A stretch of DNA of 64,000 nt from an uncultured Candidatus Saccharibacteria bacterium. GTDB lineage: Bacteria > Patescibacteriota > Saccharimonadia > Saccharimonadales > CAZICT01. The stretch spans positions 70,870-134,869 of the forward strand of contig CAZICT010000001.1 of the NCBI GenBank assembly GCA_964537935.1, written 5' to 3'. This document shows, piece by piece, positions 1-10,413 of this stretch. The first letter of the stretch is position 1; each line of letters begins with the position of its first letter. The position numbers and the translations under genes were made by a program. Under the pieces are notes generated by a model, which searched no databases, had not been told where the DNA came from, and saw only the letters and a program-made list of their open reading frames with translations.

Positions 1-1
1 T

Positions 2-781
2 AATAGCACTCAACTATTGACCGCGGCCGCTAAACAGTCAAACACGGCTATTATCATTGTCGGTCATGTTACCAAAGAAGGTTCGATTGCCGGGCCGAAG
101 GTGCTTGAGCACGTAGTCGATGTGGTGTTACAGCTCGAAGGCGATCGCTACGGCGGCTTTAAAACGCTCAGGGCGGTAAAAAACCGGTTTGGATCAACCA
201 ATGAGACCGGGATTTTTGAAATGACGGAAAAAGGACTTGAGGTGGTCACAAATCCTTCGGCAGCATTGCTTGAAGAGCGTCAGGTCAGTGATGGCTCGAT
301 TGTTCTTGCAACCATGCAGGGAACAAGACCTTTACTGGTTGAGGTCCAAGCTTTAGTTAACCGGACAAATTACGGTTATCCAAAGAGAGCCGCCAGCGGG
401 ATTGACCTGAACAGGGTGAACCTGCTTGTTGCTATGCTGGAAAGGCGAACCAAGCTTAACCTGGCCGATCAAGACATTTACATTAATATTGTCGGTGGTA
501 TTAAGCTCAATGAACCTGCTGCTGATCTGGCTATTGTGATGGCTATTGCATCTGCCTGTAAGGGTATGCAGCTTAGAAAAAATAATGTTGTTTTTGGAGA
601 AGTGGGATTATCTGGCGAAGTGCGACACGTGCCATTTATTGAGAAGCGTATAGCTGAAGCCCGTAAGCTAGGTTTTGATGGCGCAATTGGCCCTAAACTT
701 AAAGCAAAAAGCAAACAACCGGCTCATTACGAACCGGTCGTTGATGTGCGGAGCGCACTTAACAGCTTTTTAGAGAATTAG
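2..781 (+). CDS. radA: DNA repair protein RadA/Sms, C-terminal portion (gene starts upstream of window)
   Basis: Frame open from the window edge; IIIVGHVTKEGSIAGPKVLEHVVD and KNRFGSTNETGIFEM motifs; Lon-like C-terminal domain. Confidence 0.9.
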   Translation, partial: NSTQLLTAAAKQSNTAIIIVGHVTKEGSIAGPKVLEHVVDVVLQLEGDRYGGFKTLRAVKNRFGSTNETGIFEMTEKGLEVVTNPSAALLEERQVSDGSIVLATMQGTRPLLVEVQALVNRTNYGYPKRAASGIDLNRVNLLVAMLERRTKLNLADQDIYINIVGGIKLNEPAADLAIVMAIASACKGMQLRKNNVVFGEVGLSGEVRHVPFIEKRIAEARKLGFDGAIGPKLKAKSKQPAHYEPVVDVRSALNSFLEN

Positions 782-782
782 C

Positions 783-3700
783 TTATCTTTCTACTTCAAC
801 CGAAGCGGTTTTGCCACTGCTGTCGGTCACGGTGATGGTGTACTCTGTATTATTGTCTGACAGCTCGACTTCACATTCTTTGTTATTGGTGTTCGCACAA
901 CCGTTAGCATCACCGCCTGTAACTGTAACGTTATATGGCGCGGTTCCACCTGTCCACCTAAGCTTAACCGTTGATCCTACATTATCGCCGTTTTGATGGC
1001 TGGTTATGGTTATCGACTGACCGCCGCCTCCACCGGAGGACGTTGATCCTTTAACATTGCCGCTGTCAGTCGCCGAGTAGAGTACGCTGTCAACGACCTC
1101 TACCGTGACTTGTTTTGTGCCATTAAAGTTTGCAGTGTAGTTTACACTCACCAGTCCCGGTCCACTAATATTCCGTGATTGTATTTCTTGACCATCCACC
1201 CGGAAGGTAACTGTTCCAGGGTACTGGCTACTGCTGAGCGGATGCGTACCTTGAGTTATGTCTGCTTCGAGCCGGTATTTGTTTCCTCCTGTATTTACCA
1301 TGCTTAATCGCACCGCTGGTTTAATGTCTTCGCACCTGTGTATGTCATCCAGTGCCGTGGTATTGGCGCTTCTGTTACCATCTACAAACTTGTCTGCCGA
1401 AAATTGATTAGCGGTACCTTCGTTTACGGTTTTACGTGCCCGCTCAGGCGTACAGTCAGTCGCAAGCTTGTTTGAAACAATGTCAATCGTTTGTTGCTGT
1501 CTTGAACTATCGACCGGCTCATACCAGGAAGGGAATAAATCGGTTTGAGGACTTGGCTCAATTGACCCCACTCCAACATGATTGCGTACGACGTATGCCG
1601 GTAGGGTTTTCACTCCTTCAGGCCGAGGTCTTTCTATAGGTTCCAAATCGGTGTGAACAGCACGCATCCAACCTTCCCAAATCGGTAGGGTCATGTTTTC
1701 CATGAAACCGCTCATTTCCACTCGCCGGTTATGATAACCTACCCAAACTCCGGCTGCGTACTTGGTTGAAAAGCCCATCATCCAACCGTCCTTAGCATCA
1801 TTGGTCGTACCGGTCTTTATGCTGAAATCCCAATTTCCTTTACCGCCGTTAAAATCGTGTGGTTTGCGACTAAAATAGCTGGCACGCGGATCAGCGAGCA
1901 TGTCTGCTGTTATGTAAGCAGAGTCAGGGCGGACGGCTTGTTCACCCTCGGTTTGTTCCCATTCCTGAATAACATCACCATCACCATCTTCTATTTTCAG
2001 TATGTATGTCATAGGCAGAACTTTACCGTTTCGGGAAATTGATGCGAAACCGTGAACATGCTCATCAAGTTGCAGGTAAGCACCATCTCCGATTGCTGAT
2101 GAAGCATAACATTGTGTAGGAACAGTAAGTTCTTCATCTTCAAAACACTTGTAACCGTCTTCCTCGTCACCCATCAGCTTGTTGGCTGTTTCAATTGTCT
2201 TATCAACACCCGCAGTAAGCATGGCTTTAACTGCCGGCACGTTGCGTGAACCGCCTAGAGCATAACGCAGCGTCAATGGACCGGGATAACGAAAATCATA
2301 GTTCCATAAACAGTTACCGCCGCTTTGCGGACGATTTTTATTGGTACACGGATAACCGTCAATAGGTGATTGAATATCATACAGTACAGACCCGGCTCCA
2401 GCGTTATTTGTGTTTTCCATCATTGCAATGTAATCGTACGGCTTGAAACTCGATCCCGGAGGCAAACGGTAGCGAGCGTAATTGTTCTGTCCGTATTCCG
2501 AATTAGTAAAGTCAGGACCGCCCACAAGCGCCACAATCTGGCCTGTTTCAACATCTTCAGCTACAAACGCCGCTACATCACCTCCCTGGCGACGGACCTG
2601 ATGAATACCGTCAGCGACTTGCTTTTCAGCCTCACGCTGCAGGTTCAGATCAAGGGTGGTAATAACTTTCCAGCCACCGCGCTCTACGTTTTGAGCGCCG
2701 AATTCATGCTCTAACGCTTCTTTCGCGGTTAGCACAAACCATGGCGCAGTGATACCTTCGTATTTCGGCTGTACTTCTTTAACCTTGGCAAGCGTATCAG
2801 TCTGTTTAGCCTCGTCGCGCTCCTCGGCTGAAATCATCCCTTGCTGTTCCATAAGATCAAGTATGTAGTGTTGGCGCCCAACCAGTGCTTCTGGATTATA
2901 GATTGGCCCGTAAGGTGAATAATACGAAGGAGACTGTGGAATTGCGGCCAGAAAAGCGGCTTCATCCAAGGTTAGTTCTTTGGCTGATTTCTGAAAATAA
3001 TCCCTAGTAGCGGCTTCGACGCCGTACTGAACGTTTCCATAAGGAGCCGTATTGAGGTAACCGGTTAAAATTTCCTGTTTGGAGTATGACCTTTCAAGCT
3101 CAATCGATAGAATGAGTTCTTTGATTTTTCTTTGGTATGTTTGCTCTTTACCAACGTCTGATTGAGTTAAGCGGACCAACTGCTGCGTAATCGTGGAACC
3201 ACCTTGCCGGGTGCCATTGTCACCGAAGGTGTTGTTGTAAGCTGCGCGCATAATACCCTTAAGGTCAAAGCCGCTATGCTCAAAAAATTCCTTGTCTTCA
3301 ATAGCGATGGTTGCGTCTTTAATAAACTGGCTAATGTCATCATCCTGTACCGGAATACGCTTTACAGCGTCATAATCTTCCCAAAGCAGAGTCTCGCCTG
3401 TCCTATCGTAATAACGAATACTTCCGCCGATATTATTGCCGGAAATATCCCTTAGGTTAGGAAGATCTTTTCTAAAGTATGCAAAAACGCCTATAACCAG
3501 CAAAAAGCCAGCTATAATCCCGATGCCAGTGACTTTGAGCGCCATGATTGCGCCTTCACGGCTAAACCAGTATTTATAAAGTCGCTTCGGGTGCAGTCGA
3601 TAAAAAAATCGCTTTATGCGTGACTTAGGCATTCCCGCCAATCGCTCGGCACGTTTTTTGGCCAGCGCTTCCCGGCGTGATTTGAACTTTTCACTCAATG

Positions 3701-3809
3701 AGCGATTAATCTTGATCGTCTTTCCGCTTTTAGTGACAAAAGTGTTTTTGCTCTTGCGACCCAGCTGCTTTGAACCACGCGTCGCAATACGCTTACTCTT
3801 CTTATTCAT
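783..3809 (-). CDS. Class A penicillin-binding protein (GT51 transglycosylase + transpeptidase) with ~250-aa C-terminal extension
   Basis: 1008-aa ORF; basic N-tail + TM helix; EDKEFFEHSGFD and GGSTITQQL (GT51); SSFKP (SxxK), SRN, KTGT (transpeptidase). Confidence 0.9.
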   Translation of the reverse strand: MNKKSKRIATRGSKQLGRKSKNTFVTKSGKTIKINRSLSEKFKSRREALAKKRAERLAGMPKSRIKRFFYRLHPKRLYKYWFSREGAIMALKVTGIGIIAGFLLVIGVFAYFRKDLPNLRDISGNNIGGSIRYYDRTGETLLWEDYDAVKRIPVQDDDISQFIKDATIAIEDKEFFEHSGFDLKGIMRAAYNNTFGDNGTRQGGSTITQQLVRLTQSDVGKEQTYQRKIKELILSIELERSYSKQEILTGYLNTAPYGNVQYGVEAATRDYFQKSAKELTLDEAAFLAAIPQSPSYYSPYGPIYNPEALVGRQHYILDLMEQQGMISAEERDEAKQTDTLAKVKEVQPKYEGITAPWFVLTAKEALEHEFGAQNVERGGWKVITTLDLNLQREAEKQVADGIHQVRRQGGDVAAFVAEDVETGQIVALVGGPDFTNSEYGQNNYARYRLPPGSSFKPYDYIAMMENTNNAGAGSVLYDIQSPIDGYPCTNKNRPQSGGNCLWNYDFRYPGPLTLRYALGGSRNVPAVKAMLTAGVDKTIETANKLMGDEEDGYKCFEDEELTVPTQCYASSAIGDGAYLQLDEHVHGFASISRNGKVLPMTYILKIEDGDGDVIQEWEQTEGEQAVRPDSAYITADMLADPRASYFSRKPHDFNGGKGNWDFSIKTGTTNDAKDGWMMGFSTKYAAGVWVGYHNRRVEMSGFMENMTLPIWEGWMRAVHTDLEPIERPRPEGVKTLPAYVVRNHVGVGSIEPSPQTDLFPSWYEPVDSSRQQQTIDIVSNKLATDCTPERARKTVNEGTANQFSADKFVDGNRSANTTALDDIHRCEDIKPAVRLSMVNTGGNKYRLEADITQGTHPLSSSQYPGTVTFRVDGQEIQSRNISGPGLVSVNYTANFNGTKQVTVEVVDSVLYSATDSGNVKGSTSSGGGGGQSITITSHQNGDNVGSTVKLRWTGGTAPYNVTVTGGDANGCANTNNKECEVELSDNNTEYTITVTDSSGKTASVEVER

Positions 3810-3932
3810 GAGAATAACCAGTTAACTCCTTTAATATAAGTCATGAGCTTCAAAGACTATTATAGCAAACCTCAAGCTCGTTCAAGGCTTAAAATTGGCG
3901 AACAATTACACTATTACGTTATACTTCTCATT

Positions 3933-5186
3933 ATGAATATGACATTGTCTGAAGAGTTACTTTGGCGAGGATTCGTAAATCAATCAACTTTCAACGATAT
4001 TTCTGACCTCGATAAAGCAAAACATAAGTTTTACTGGGGTGTCGATCCTAGCGCGTCTTCAATGACCATCGGCAACTTAGCGGCTGCAATGATGGTTCGC
4101 GTCTTCATGAAACACGGATATGAGGCCGTTTTGCTTGTAGGCGGAGCTACGGGACTGATTGGTGATCCGGACGGCAAATCAGAAGAGCGTTCACTCAAAA
4201 CAAAAGAAGAAATAGACAACAACAAGCAATCTATAGTCGAGCAGTATCAAACAATATTCGGTGACAAGCAGTTCGAGGTAGTCGACAACTATGATTGGTT
4301 TAAGGATATCGGCTATCTGGAGTTTTTACGTGAGGTAGGCAAGCATGTTCCAATGCGTCAAATGCTTGGCCGTGAGTTTGTCCAGACACGTTTGGCAGAA
4401 GATGGAGCCGGCATCAGTTACGCTGAATTCAGCTATGCGCTTATCCAGGGCTATGATTTTTTGCATCTGTTTAGAGAATACGGTGTAACCATGCAGGTTG
4501 CAGCATCTGACCAGTGGGGAAATAGCATAGCCGGCGTAGAGCTCGTTAGGCGAATTACCGGTGGTGAAGCACACATATGGACCACTCCGTTAATTGTCAA
4601 TAAATCCACCGGCAGAAAATTTGGCAAAAGCGAAGAGGGAGCTGTCTGGCTTGATTCGAACCTGACCAGTGTTTTTAAGTTTTATCAATTTTGGCTCAAT
4701 GCTGACGATGAAGGGGTAGAAGATTACCTAAAAATCTACACCGAGCTTGATAAGCCGGCAGTCGATGAAATTATGAAAGATTTTAATACTGACCGGGCCG
4801 GGAGGCTTGCTCAAAAGTCATTAGCCTATGAAGTAACTAAAATCGTGCACGGCAAAGAACGTGCGGACTCAGTAAAACGAGTCAGCGAAGTCTTATTTGA
4901 AGGAGGTTCGTATCAATCTCTGAGCAGAGACGATATTTCGCAGCTTAAAGAAGAGCTTCCTTTTAACGAGCTTAAAGCAGGAACAAGCATCGTCGACGTT
5001 CTAGTGACCAGCGGTTTAGCCAGTAGCAAAAGCGAAGCGCGTCGGTTTCTGGAAGGTAATGCAGTCTATATTAATGGTCAACAGGTAGACGTGAGCAAGC
5101 AAACGTTAGATAATGAAGATACACTGAACGGCTTTACTATAATCCGACGAGGAAAAAATACCATGGCTCTTATTGAGCTTGATTAA
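3933..5186 (+). CDS. tyrS: Tyrosine--tRNA ligase
   Basis: GLIGDPDGKS, KFGKS (KMSKS-type loop), C-terminal S4-like domain; ORF opens at 3843 but the conserved N-terminus starts at MNMTLSEELLWRGF (3933). Confidence 0.9.
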   Translation: MNMTLSEELLWRGFVNQSTFNDISDLDKAKHKFYWGVDPSASSMTIGNLAAAMMVRVFMKHGYEAVLLVGGATGLIGDPDGKSEERSLKTKEEIDNNKQSIVEQYQTIFGDKQFEVVDNYDWFKDIGYLEFLREVGKHVPMRQMLGREFVQTRLAEDGAGISYAEFSYALIQGYDFLHLFREYGVTMQVAASDQWGNSIAGVELVRRITGGEAHIWTTPLIVNKSTGRKFGKSEEGAVWLDSNLTSVFKFYQFWLNADDEGVEDYLKIYTELDKPAVDEIMKDFNTDRAGRLAQKSLAYEVTKIVHGKERADSVKRVSEVLFEGGSYQSLSRDDISQLKEELPFNELKAGTSIVDVLVTSGLASSKSEARRFLEGNAVYINGQQVDVSKQTLDNEDTLNGFTIIRRGKNTMALIELD

Positions 5187-5200
5187 CACAAGAGGAATTT

Positions 5201-5983
5201 ATGGCTACACAAAAGAAGAAGACAGCACCGAAGAAGAAAGCAGATCAATACGACGATCCTACGCACAACTACCTGCACTACTGGACAGGCAGAGATTACG
5301 AGCATGAGGCTGAACAGCTTGCCATTAAACGATTCTTAAAAGGCAAGCGGTTTAAGCATGCCGTAGATATCGGCGGCGGCTATGGACGCCTCTGTCTGCT
5401 TCTTGAAAAGTACGCACAAAAGGTAACACTTGTCGAACCATCAAAACAGCAGCTAGAAATCGCTAAGGATTTTCTAAAAAATTATCGCCATATAGAACAA
5501 AAGCAAATGCAGGCTGACGATCTGAAATTCAAAGACGGATCGCTTGATCTGGTAACTATGATCAGAGTCATGCATCATTTGCCTGATCCGAGCCCAGAAT
5601 TCAAAGAGCTGAACAGAGTATTGAGTGATGACGGTTATCTTATTTTAGAAATGGCCAATTATGCACATGGCCGGAACCGGCTTAAGCATCTTGTAAAAGG
5701 GAAAAAGCTGCCTAAAGAACCCGTAGATATCCGCTCAGAAGAAAATAAAACCAAAGACGAAATCCCTTTTGTTAACCATAATCCGCACACCGTTATCCGT
5801 CAGTTGGCTCACGCCGGCCTGAAAGTCGAAAAGGTTTTATCGGTATCAAATTTACGTAGCCCCGGTCTTAAGAAGGTAATGCCCAAAGGACTTATGCTGG
5901 CCGTAGAAGGGTTCTTGCAGCCTACGTTAGCTAAATCGTACTTCGGGCCAAGCGTTTTTATGCTCGTCAAAAAAGCCAAATAG
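5201..5983 (+). CDS. Class I SAM-dependent methyltransferase
   Basis: VDIGGGYGRL glycine-rich SAM motif, Methyltransf_11/25-like layout; SD agagga upstream. Confidence 0.7.
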   Translation: MATQKKKTAPKKKADQYDDPTHNYLHYWTGRDYEHEAEQLAIKRFLKGKRFKHAVDIGGGYGRLCLLLEKYAQKVTLVEPSKQQLEIAKDFLKNYRHIEQKQMQADDLKFKDGSLDLVTMIRVMHHLPDPSPEFKELNRVLSDDGYLILEMANYAHGRNRLKHLVKGKKLPKEPVDIRSEENKTKDEIPFVNHNPHTVIRQLAHAGLKVEKVLSVSNLRSPGLKKVMPKGLMLAVEGFLQPTLAKSYFGPSVFMLVKKAK

Positions 5984-6000
5984 TCAGTATACTTGCAGTT

Positions 6001-8037
6001 ATGCGAGGCGACAGTCCGGTTACCGAAATAAGAGGGGTTGGTGAAGCCGTAGCCAAGAAATTTAAAATTCTTGGCATTGAAACAGTTGATGATCTTATAA
6101 ATTACTTTCCGCGTCGCTACGATGATTATTCTGAAGTACAGAATATTAAATCTATCCAGCCTGGGCCGGTTACGATAGAGGCTACCATCAAGCAGGTCGT
6201 CGGTCGTTATGTTCGGCGTGGCTTGCATGTAACCGAGGCTGTGGCTAGCGATGAAACGGGAAGCGTCAAGCTGGTTTGGTTCAACCAGCCGTATCGAGCA
6301 TCAGCTATAAAACGAGATGTTAAATACTATATCTCAGGTGATTTTACTTTCAACAAACAGCGTTTAAGCATCAATAATCCGTCGATGGAGCTGGTGTCTG
6401 ATTTTCCGGTTAGTACCGCGAGAATTGTACCTGTCTACAAAGAAACCAAGGGCCTGAAGTCCGCGGTTATTCGAAAATCCGTTAGCCAATGCCGGCATCA
6501 CATAGACGAATTACCGGAAGTTTTACCTAAGTGGCTGATCAAACAAGAAAAGTTACTCTCATATTCTGATGCTGTTATGGCAATGCATTTCCCCGGTTCT
6601 AAAAAAGAACTGGAGCTTGCAAAACAGCGACTTGGCTTTCAGGAGGTATTTGAAATAACTCTAGCTGCTTTGCTTAATAAGCAGGAATTACTACAAGAAG
6701 TATCGGTTAAGATACCGTTTATCGAAAGTGTAGCTCAAAAATTCGTTGGTCACCTGCCGTTCAAGCTTACCGATGCCCAGCGGAAAGCCATATGGCGCAT
6801 CTATAAGGATATGGAAAAGTCACAACCGATGAACCGCTTAGTTGAGGGTGATGTCGGCTCAGGCAAAACCGTCGTAGCTGCCATGGCTGGAGTTATGGCA
6901 CTGGAACAAGGTTTTCAAGTAGCTTTGATGGCACCGACCGAGCTCCTGGCCAGGCAGCACGCCGAAACAATCCACAATTTGCTTGAGCCGCTTGGCTATG
7001 GCAAATCCGTCGGTTTATTAGTCGGCGGAATGACTACGTCACAAAAAGAAAGGGCCCGCAAGGCGGTTGCTTCGGGTAATATTTCATTCATCATCGGTAC
7101 GCATGCGTTAATTCAAGAAAAAGTTGACATGCATAAGCTGGGGCTGGTGGTAATTGACGAACAACACCGGTTTGGAGTTGAGCAGCGTAAGTCGTTGCAG
7201 GCAAAAGCTGGACATATGCCGCATGTATTGTCGATGACCGCCACGCCGATACCTCGTACTCTAGCGCTTACACTATTCGGGGAACTTGATATATCTGTTA
7301 TTGACACAAAACCTGAAGGCAGAAAACCGATAATCACCAAACTATGCTCTCCTAATTCCCGAAAACAGCTTTATGAGGCCATTGATCTTGATCTGGCGGC
7401 TGGTCGACAGATGTTTGTCGTCTGTCCTTTGATTACTGAATCTTCAGTTATGGACGTCAGATCGGCTGAGAAAGTTTTTGAAGACTTAAGTAAAGGCGCT
7501 TTTAAGCACAGGCGAGTCGGACTTCTCCATGGCAAAATGAAGCCTCAAGATAAGGATAGCGTTATGCAGGAATTTGTCGAAGGTAAGTTGGATATATTGG
7601 TTTCAACCACCGTCATTGAAGTCGGTGTTAATGTGCCGGAGGCTACGGTTATGTTGATAGAGAATGCGGAACGCTTCGGTCTAGCACAAATTCATCAGTT
7701 ACGCGGACGAGTAGGTCGCAGCCAGCATCAGGGCTATTGTTACCTAATGCTTGGCAACAGTCAGCAGCCAAGCCGTCGCTTAAGAGCACTGGAGCAATCG
7801 AGTAATGGCTTTGAATTAGCCGAGCTAGATCTTGAGATTAGGGGACCTGGAGCTATTTACGGTTCAATGCAGCATGGCCAGCTTGACCTTAGAGTAGCGA
7901 CTTTAACCGATACGCTGTTGATTGAGCGTGCTAGAACAGCTGCTCAGACTTTTATAGATAAAGATGAAGATCTGCTACAATATAGCCATATATACGCTAA
8001 TGTCTCGAAGTATCGAGCTGTCACAAATTTAAACTAG
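6001..8037 (+). CDS. recG: ATP-dependent DNA helicase RecG
   Basis: 678 aa; helicase motifs GDVGSGKT, DEQHRFGV, TATPIPRT, QLRGRVGR; N-terminal wedge/OB region. Confidence 0.93.
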   Translation: MRGDSPVTEIRGVGEAVAKKFKILGIETVDDLINYFPRRYDDYSEVQNIKSIQPGPVTIEATIKQVVGRYVRRGLHVTEAVASDETGSVKLVWFNQPYRASAIKRDVKYYISGDFTFNKQRLSINNPSMELVSDFPVSTARIVPVYKETKGLKSAVIRKSVSQCRHHIDELPEVLPKWLIKQEKLLSYSDAVMAMHFPGSKKELELAKQRLGFQEVFEITLAALLNKQELLQEVSVKIPFIESVAQKFVGHLPFKLTDAQRKAIWRIYKDMEKSQPMNRLVEGDVGSGKTVVAAMAGVMALEQGFQVALMAPTELLARQHAETIHNLLEPLGYGKSVGLLVGGMTTSQKERARKAVASGNISFIIGTHALIQEKVDMHKLGLVVIDEQHRFGVEQRKSLQAKAGHMPHVLSMTATPIPRTLALTLFGELDISVIDTKPEGRKPIITKLCSPNSRKQLYEAIDLDLAAGRQMFVVCPLITESSVMDVRSAEKVFEDLSKGAFKHRRVGLLHGKMKPQDKDSVMQEFVEGKLDILVSTTVIEVGVNVPEATVMLIENAERFGLAQIHQLRGRVGRSQHQGYCYLMLGNSQQPSRRLRALEQSSNGFELAELDLEIRGPGAIYGSMQHGQLDLRVATLTDTLLIERARTAAQTFIDKDEDLLQYSHIYANVSKYRAVTNLN

Positions 8038-8049
8038 GCTATTACAATT

Positions 8050-8922
8050 ATGTATTCCGGAACAACCTTAACCAGGTTCTCGGGGCGCGTACTTGGTGCG
8101 CATCAGAAAATCGATCGAGTGGCACGTAAGCATTTATCTAAACTGATAAGTGATAATAGCTTATTTCCGGCAGCCAAGGAAATACTTAACTTCGAGGGTA
8201 AAAACGGCCCCGATGGCATTAAACGTAAAAGTCCGGCCCGTGACGAGCCATGGCATTATTTCGATCCGTTCGATGACACAGACAAACAGTTAACCGAAAT
8301 AATTGAGCAGCATTATAATGCGCTGGTCAAAGAGCTCAAGGCTAAAAACAATGAAAAGGTGGCATTCGAAGCTGCCTGGTTGGCTCATGCATTGGTTGAT
8401 GGATTGACTCCTGCTCATCATTTTCCGTATGAGGAGAAGCTGATAGAGCTCCGTGGTGGAAAACCCATAGAATCACGAACAACCATAAAGGAAAAGCTGG
8501 TTATGCACGGTGACACCAGACGGGAGAAGATTAAGAATAACTGGCAGATGTGGGGCCCGAAGGGTTTGCTTACTACTCATGGACTTTTCGAGATAGGCAT
8601 TGCAACTCTGATGCTGCCAGCGAGGTTTACTGATGTTACGCCAACCACTGAAGAGCGCCAAGAAGCGGCCGAGCTCGGTATAGTTGAAATATTCAAACGT
8701 TATGCCCGTGAAATTGCTGTACTGGATATGTATGAGCGTTATTATCAACACGGATGGACTCCTAAGCTAGCCTATGATGTACGGCATAAGCTCGGACCTC
8801 TCATTATAAAAGCCGTTACGCTGGCATGGTACAGTGCGCTTATAGATGCTAAGTTAGCCTCGGAGAAAACACATGAAAATAGTCAGCGGAAAGCTCGGCG
8901 GAAGAACGATAGAAAGTCCTAA
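8050..8922 (+). CDS. Hypothetical protein (His/Asp-rich helical, possibly zinc-dependent phospholipase C / P1-nuclease-like fold)
   Basis: 290-aa ORF; AWLAHALVDGLTPAHH segment; functional assignment uncertain. Confidence 0.55.
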   Translation: MYSGTTLTRFSGRVLGAHQKIDRVARKHLSKLISDNSLFPAAKEILNFEGKNGPDGIKRKSPARDEPWHYFDPFDDTDKQLTEIIEQHYNALVKELKAKNNEKVAFEAAWLAHALVDGLTPAHHFPYEEKLIELRGGKPIESRTTIKEKLVMHGDTRREKIKNNWQMWGPKGLLTTHGLFEIGIATLMLPARFTDVTPTTEERQEAAELGIVEIFKRYAREIAVLDMYERYYQHGWTPKLAYDVRHKLGPLIIKAVTLAWYSALIDAKLASEKTHENSQRKARRKNDRKS

Positions 8923-9409
8923 AAATCCCAAAACACACCCGATGAGTGAAAAAATTCGGGGAGCTATATTTAATATGCTTGGTGATGTTTCGGGGCTAAA
9001 TTTTATTGATGCGTTTGCCGGCACGGGAGCGGTCGGTATAGAAGCACTAAGTCGAGGCGCTAAACGCACGGTTTTTATTGAACAAGACCCAAAAGTTGGC
9101 AGGATTCTTATTGGTAATGTTAAGCGTTTGGAAATTAGCAACACCGCAAAAATATTTATTGGCAGCTGCAATAAGTGGTCGCAAAATAATCAAAGACATA
9201 GAGCAGATATTGTTTTCTGTGATCCACCATACGATAATCCGCAACCCGAAGAAGTTGTCAGCATCGTTAGTCACGTAAAACCCAATGGGTTAGCGGTCGT
9301 ATCCTGGCCTGCTGCAGTTACACCCCTAAAGCTAACTGACTTCTCAATTGTCCGAGAAAAGAAATACGGCATTGCTACGATCTTTGTATACCGTCAAACG
9401 CCTAAATAA
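8873..9409 (+). CDS. rsmD: 16S rRNA (guanine966-N2)-methyltransferase RsmD family
   Basis: DAFAGTGAVGIEALSRGA SAM motif, DPPY motif, N-terminal KIVSGKLGGRTI...IRGAIFNML typical of RsmD; overlaps upstream ORF by 50 nt. Confidence 0.8.
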   Translation: MKIVSGKLGGRTIESPKNPKTHPMSEKIRGAIFNMLGDVSGLNFIDAFAGTGAVGIEALSRGAKRTVFIEQDPKVGRILIGNVKRLEISNTAKIFIGSCNKWSQNNQRHRADIVFCDPPYDNPQPEEVVSIVSHVKPNGLAVVSWPAAVTPLKLTDFSIVREKKYGIATIFVYRQTPK

Positions 9410-9419
9410 AGCTGAGTTG

Positions 9420-9448
9420 TTGTGCTCTTGAGCTTAAGTTCGTATAAT
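9420..9448 (+). promoter_or_regulatory. Sigma70-type promoter for tRNA-Leu
   Basis: TTGTGC-N17-TATAAT, ~26 nt upstream of the tRNA 5' end. Confidence 0.5.
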
Positions 9449-9474
9449 GTCACGGTCAAATCCCTGCACGCGAT

Positions 9475-9559
9475 GGGCGAGTGGTGGAATTGGTAGACAC
9501 GCATGCCTTAGGAGCATGTGTCGCAAGACGTGAAGGTTCAAGTCCTTTCTCGCCCACCA
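9475..9559 (+). tRNA. tRNA-Leu (anticodon TAG), CCA encoded
   Basis: Acceptor GGGCGAG/CTCGCCC, D-arm GTGGAATTGGTAGACAC, anticodon loop CTTAGGA, long variable arm, T-loop TTCAAGT. Confidence 0.92.
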
Positions 9560-9601
9560 TCCTCCGTCGCTCCGCTTTTTGCGGAGCTATGGAGGATTTT
9601 T
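9560..9601. terminator. Rho-independent terminator (bidirectional hairpin)
   Basis: tcctcc..gctccgc-ttttt-gcggagc..ggagga followed by ttttt. Confidence 0.7.
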
Positions 9602-9678
9602 AGTTGGAGGAATTGAACCGAGAGGTGATAAGCGTCAAGGGCATTTCTCAAGGAGACTTTTCAGATTTTAAAATATTC

Positions 9679-10407
9679 TCATTGTTTATTATTTTTATGG
9701 GTAGATGATTCAGCTAGCGGCCCTTTCTTAACCTCAGGGTATATGTCGCCCGTAGCTTTGTTTAGTGAAATTGCCGTTAAAGAAGATTCCGAAAGCAGCT
9801 GTGCCTCACCAGCACTTAATTTTTGTCTGTCTGAAGTGGTTGCGATTTTATATATTACCCAAGCCGAAAAAATTAACCCGATAATTCCTGCAAGTATTCC
9901 GATAAAACGAACGCTAATTGCAATTATATTGTCCATCTCCAACAAATTGAACTTACCTAGTATAAAATTCCAGTCGTGAATTATCTCTTCTCCACCGGCC
10001 AGTCCGCCACCAAGACTCACTAAGGGCAGTTGCTGGGTTCTAGCATCGCTTATGTATGTCGCAACACTTTGGCAAGCAAGAAATAACCATAGGAAACAAA
10101 ACAAACTGGCAAAATACGTCCGAGTTTTGAATGCGCCGTATACCAGCAAACCGCCGAGCAGAAGTTCCGAGAGCGAACCGGCTGCCACAGCAAAAAATTC
10201 CGGTAAAAAGCTGGCAAATATGTGAGCCATTTCGTGCAAGAAGAAGTTAAACGAATAAGGCACGGCTATAACGAACGGCATATGAATATGCGAAAAAGAC
10301 AGTAATTTAATAAATACGTATAGCCCAAACAGCCATACCGGCACATACCAATACCAGGTATGTGATGCAGCATAATCTTCAATAGCTGCATTTATATCTT
10401 TAAACAT
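9679..10407 (-). CDS. Polytopic membrane protein with HExxH motif (putative membrane metalloprotease-like)
   Basis: 242 aa, ~6 predicted TM segments, HEMAH motif; no family recognised with certainty. Confidence 0.6.
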   Translation of the reverse strand: MFKDINAAIEDYAASHTWYWYVPVWLFGLYVFIKLLSFSHIHMPFVIAVPYSFNFFLHEMAHIFASFLPEFFAVAAGSLSELLLGGLLVYGAFKTRTYFASLFCFLWLFLACQSVATYISDARTQQLPLVSLGGGLAGGEEIIHDWNFILGKFNLLEMDNIIAISVRFIGILAGIIGLIFSAWVIYKIATTSDRQKLSAGEAQLLSESSLTAISLNKATGDIYPEVKKGPLAESSTHKNNKQ

Positions 10408-10413
10408 AAGCTG

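Noticed and set aside
3843-3932. N-terminal 30-aa extension of tyrS; likewise 38460 for rpsN, 40060 for rpsE, 44700 for rpoA, 62735 for nusG and 59140 for the kinase
   Set aside because: The extensions are not part of the conserved families. The downstream ATGs align with family N-termini and have an SD, stop-start coupling or a -10 box at leaderless distance.
8873-8922. 50-nt overlap between ORF 8050-8922 and rsmD as a possible frameshift or fusion
   Set aside because: The RsmD N-terminus (KIVSGKLGGRTI...) matches the family from the 8873 ATG, and the upstream ORF has its own stop. This is plain overlap of two genes and needs no frameshift.
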